DNA of 64,000 bases from Candidatus Multivoradales bacterium (lineage in GTDB: Bacteria > Acidobacteriota > Thermoanaerobaculia > Multivoradales > JAHEKO01), in the NCBI GenBank assembly GCA_965223855.1, contig CBDCXM010000003.1, positions 64,001 to 128,000 on the forward strand, written 5' to 3'. Positions 62,554 to 64,000 of this stretch are shown here, piece by piece. The notes under the pieces were generated by a model, which was not told where the DNA came from, made no database searches, and saw only the letters and a list, made by a program, of their open reading frames with translations. Position 1 is the first letter of the stretch, and each line of letters opens with the position of its first letter. The translations under genes and the position numbers were made by a program.

Positions 62554-64000
62554 CGAAGCGCTCCTCCACGGCCGCCGTCAGTTCGAGTCGATCGGAGAAC
62601 GGCAGCACCCGGTCACCGACGAGCTGTACCTCCTCGTGCCCCTTCCCGGCCACGAGGACGGCGTAGCGATCGTCTGAGCGAGCCGCCCGCTCGACCGCCA
62701 TGCCGATCGCCCTGCGGCGATCGACTTCCGTCTCCCAGGGCGCCGGAGCCCGCTCGAGCCCCTCCGTCACCTGTGCCAGGATCGTCGCGGGATCCTCGCT
62801 TCGCGGGTTGTCGCTCGTCGCGATCACGAAGTCGCCCTCACGGCCGGCGGCCTCCCCCATCTGAGAGCGCTTCCCCGGATCACGGTCGCCCCCACATCCG
62901 AAAACGACCAGCACTTCGCGGCCGGTGCAGGTGCGCACGGCTTCGATCGCCGACTCGAGCGCCGCCGGCGTGTGGGCGTAGTCGATGAAGAGAGGGAACG
63001 GCTGCCCGGCGACGACCGGCTCCAGTCTCCCCGGCAGGGGTCGCGCTTCGGCGAGCGCGCGATGAATCGCTCCCTTCTCCACCCCGAGGGAGACGGCGGC
63101 GGCGACCGCAGCCAGCAGGTTCTCGACGTTGAACGGCCCGAGAAGACCGGTGTGAAACTCCAGCCGGCCGGCCGGCGTCGCGAGCACGCCCCGGGTAGAG
63201 GTCGGCTCGTACCGGATCACCTCGACCGCGACGTCTCCTCCGGCGCCGAACGTCGTCGCTTCCGGCAGCGCTTCGGCGAGCCGACGCCCCCAACGGTCGC
63301 CGACGCCGACGACGGCGCGGCCGCCGGTCTCGAGCTGGTCGAACAGTCGCTTCTTGGCGGCGAAATAGCCCTCGAGGTCGCCGTGGAAGTCGAGATGGTC
63401 GCGACTGAGGTTCGTGAACACCGCCACGTCGAAGGTCACACCCTCGACCCGTGACAGCGACAGCGCGTGGGACGACACCTCCATCGCCGCCGCCTCGGCA
63501 CCGGCATCGCGCATCGTCCGCAGCATCCGCAGCAGCTCCGAGGCTTCCGGCGTGGTGCGCTCCGCCCCCGAGATCATCTCGCCGAAGCGGTAGCCGAGCG
63601 TCCCGAGGGTGGCGGTCGGTCGCCCGGCCGCCTCGAGGATCAGCCTCACGAGCTCGACCACGGTCGACTTGCCGTTGGTCCCGGTGACTCCGATCATCGC
63701 GAGCTCGCGGTGGGGGTGCTCGTAGAGGCGCGCTGCCAGCGGCCCCAGGAGCGCCCTGGGATCGTCGGTCGACAGCCACGGCACCTGGAGCCCCTCCGGC
63801 GCTTCACCGCGGCCGAGAACGGCGGCCGCTCCTCTCCCGGCGGCGTCCGCGGCGAAATCGCGGCCGTCGTAGCGCTCCCCCGGCATCGCCACGAACAACG
63901 CTCCCGGCTCGGCCTGGCGGGAGTCGTGTGTGATCGCCGCCACTTCCGGCAGCGTCGTCGCACGGGTAGTGACCGGCAGCCCTCGAATGAGATCGACCAT
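62534..64000 (-). CDS. murE: UDP-MurNAc-dipeptide--diaminopimelate ligase (start may lie at or beyond the window edge)
   Basis: VTGTNGKST, TTPE, MEVSSH, DHLDFH, DYAHTP, DNPR (DAP specificity) and AGKGHE motifs. Confidence 0.96.
   Translation of the reverse strand: MVDLIRGLPVTTRATTLPEVAAITHDSRQAEPGALFVAMPGERYDGRDFAADAAGRGAAAVLGRGEAPEGLQVPWLSTDDPRALLGPLAARLYEHPHRELAMIGVTGTNGKSTVVELVRLILEAAGRPTATLGTLGYRFGEMISGAERTTPEASELLRMLRTMRDAGAEAAAMEVSSHALSLSRVEGVTFDVAVFTNLSRDHLDFHGDLEGYFAAKKRLFDQLETGGRAVVGVGDRWGRRLAEALPEATTFGAGGDVAVEVIRYEPTSTRGVLATPAGRLEFHTGLLGPFNVENLLAAVAAAVSLGVEKGAIHRALAEARPLPGRLEPVVAGQPFPLFIDYAHTPAALESAIEAVRTCTGREVLVVFGCGGDRDPGKRSQMGEAAGREGDFVIATSDNPRSEDPATILAQVTEGLERAPAPWETEVDRRRAIGMAVERAARSDDRYAVLVAGKGHEEVQLVGDRVLPFSDRLELTAAVEERFGAGTAD

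Overview
High-GC (roughly 70% by eye) bacterial chromosome segment. Gene content (GWxTD/VWA fusion, several carboxypeptidase-regulatory-repeat proteins, CHAT-TPR protein) suggests Acidobacteriota, which is an inference. Most of it is housekeeping: glgA (partial), hflX, comF, a sigma54 two-component pair, prfA/prmC/murA, rsmI-iscS-mnmA, maf, trmJ-eda-apgM, argS, a fused E1 2-oxoacid dehydrogenase, TPP riboswitch-thiC, and the dcw cluster murE-murF-mraY-murD-ftsW-murG-murC-ftsQ-ftsA-ftsZ. No rRNA, tRNA, CRISPR array or transposase was seen. Main unexplained signals: (1) two inverted copies of a ~167-nt three-way-junction element between convergent apgM and a macrodomain gene, with compensatory base changes, strand-specific G-U pairs and equal-length variable loops; (2) an operon of three ATP-grasp ligases divergent from glgA; (3) an 81-bp x3 tandem repeat upstream of a sigma54 promoter; (4) recurrent TAnnnT boxes 7-9 nt before start codons, one apparently serving a 6-codon uORF. 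All calls come from motif recognition by eye; no searches or folding were run.
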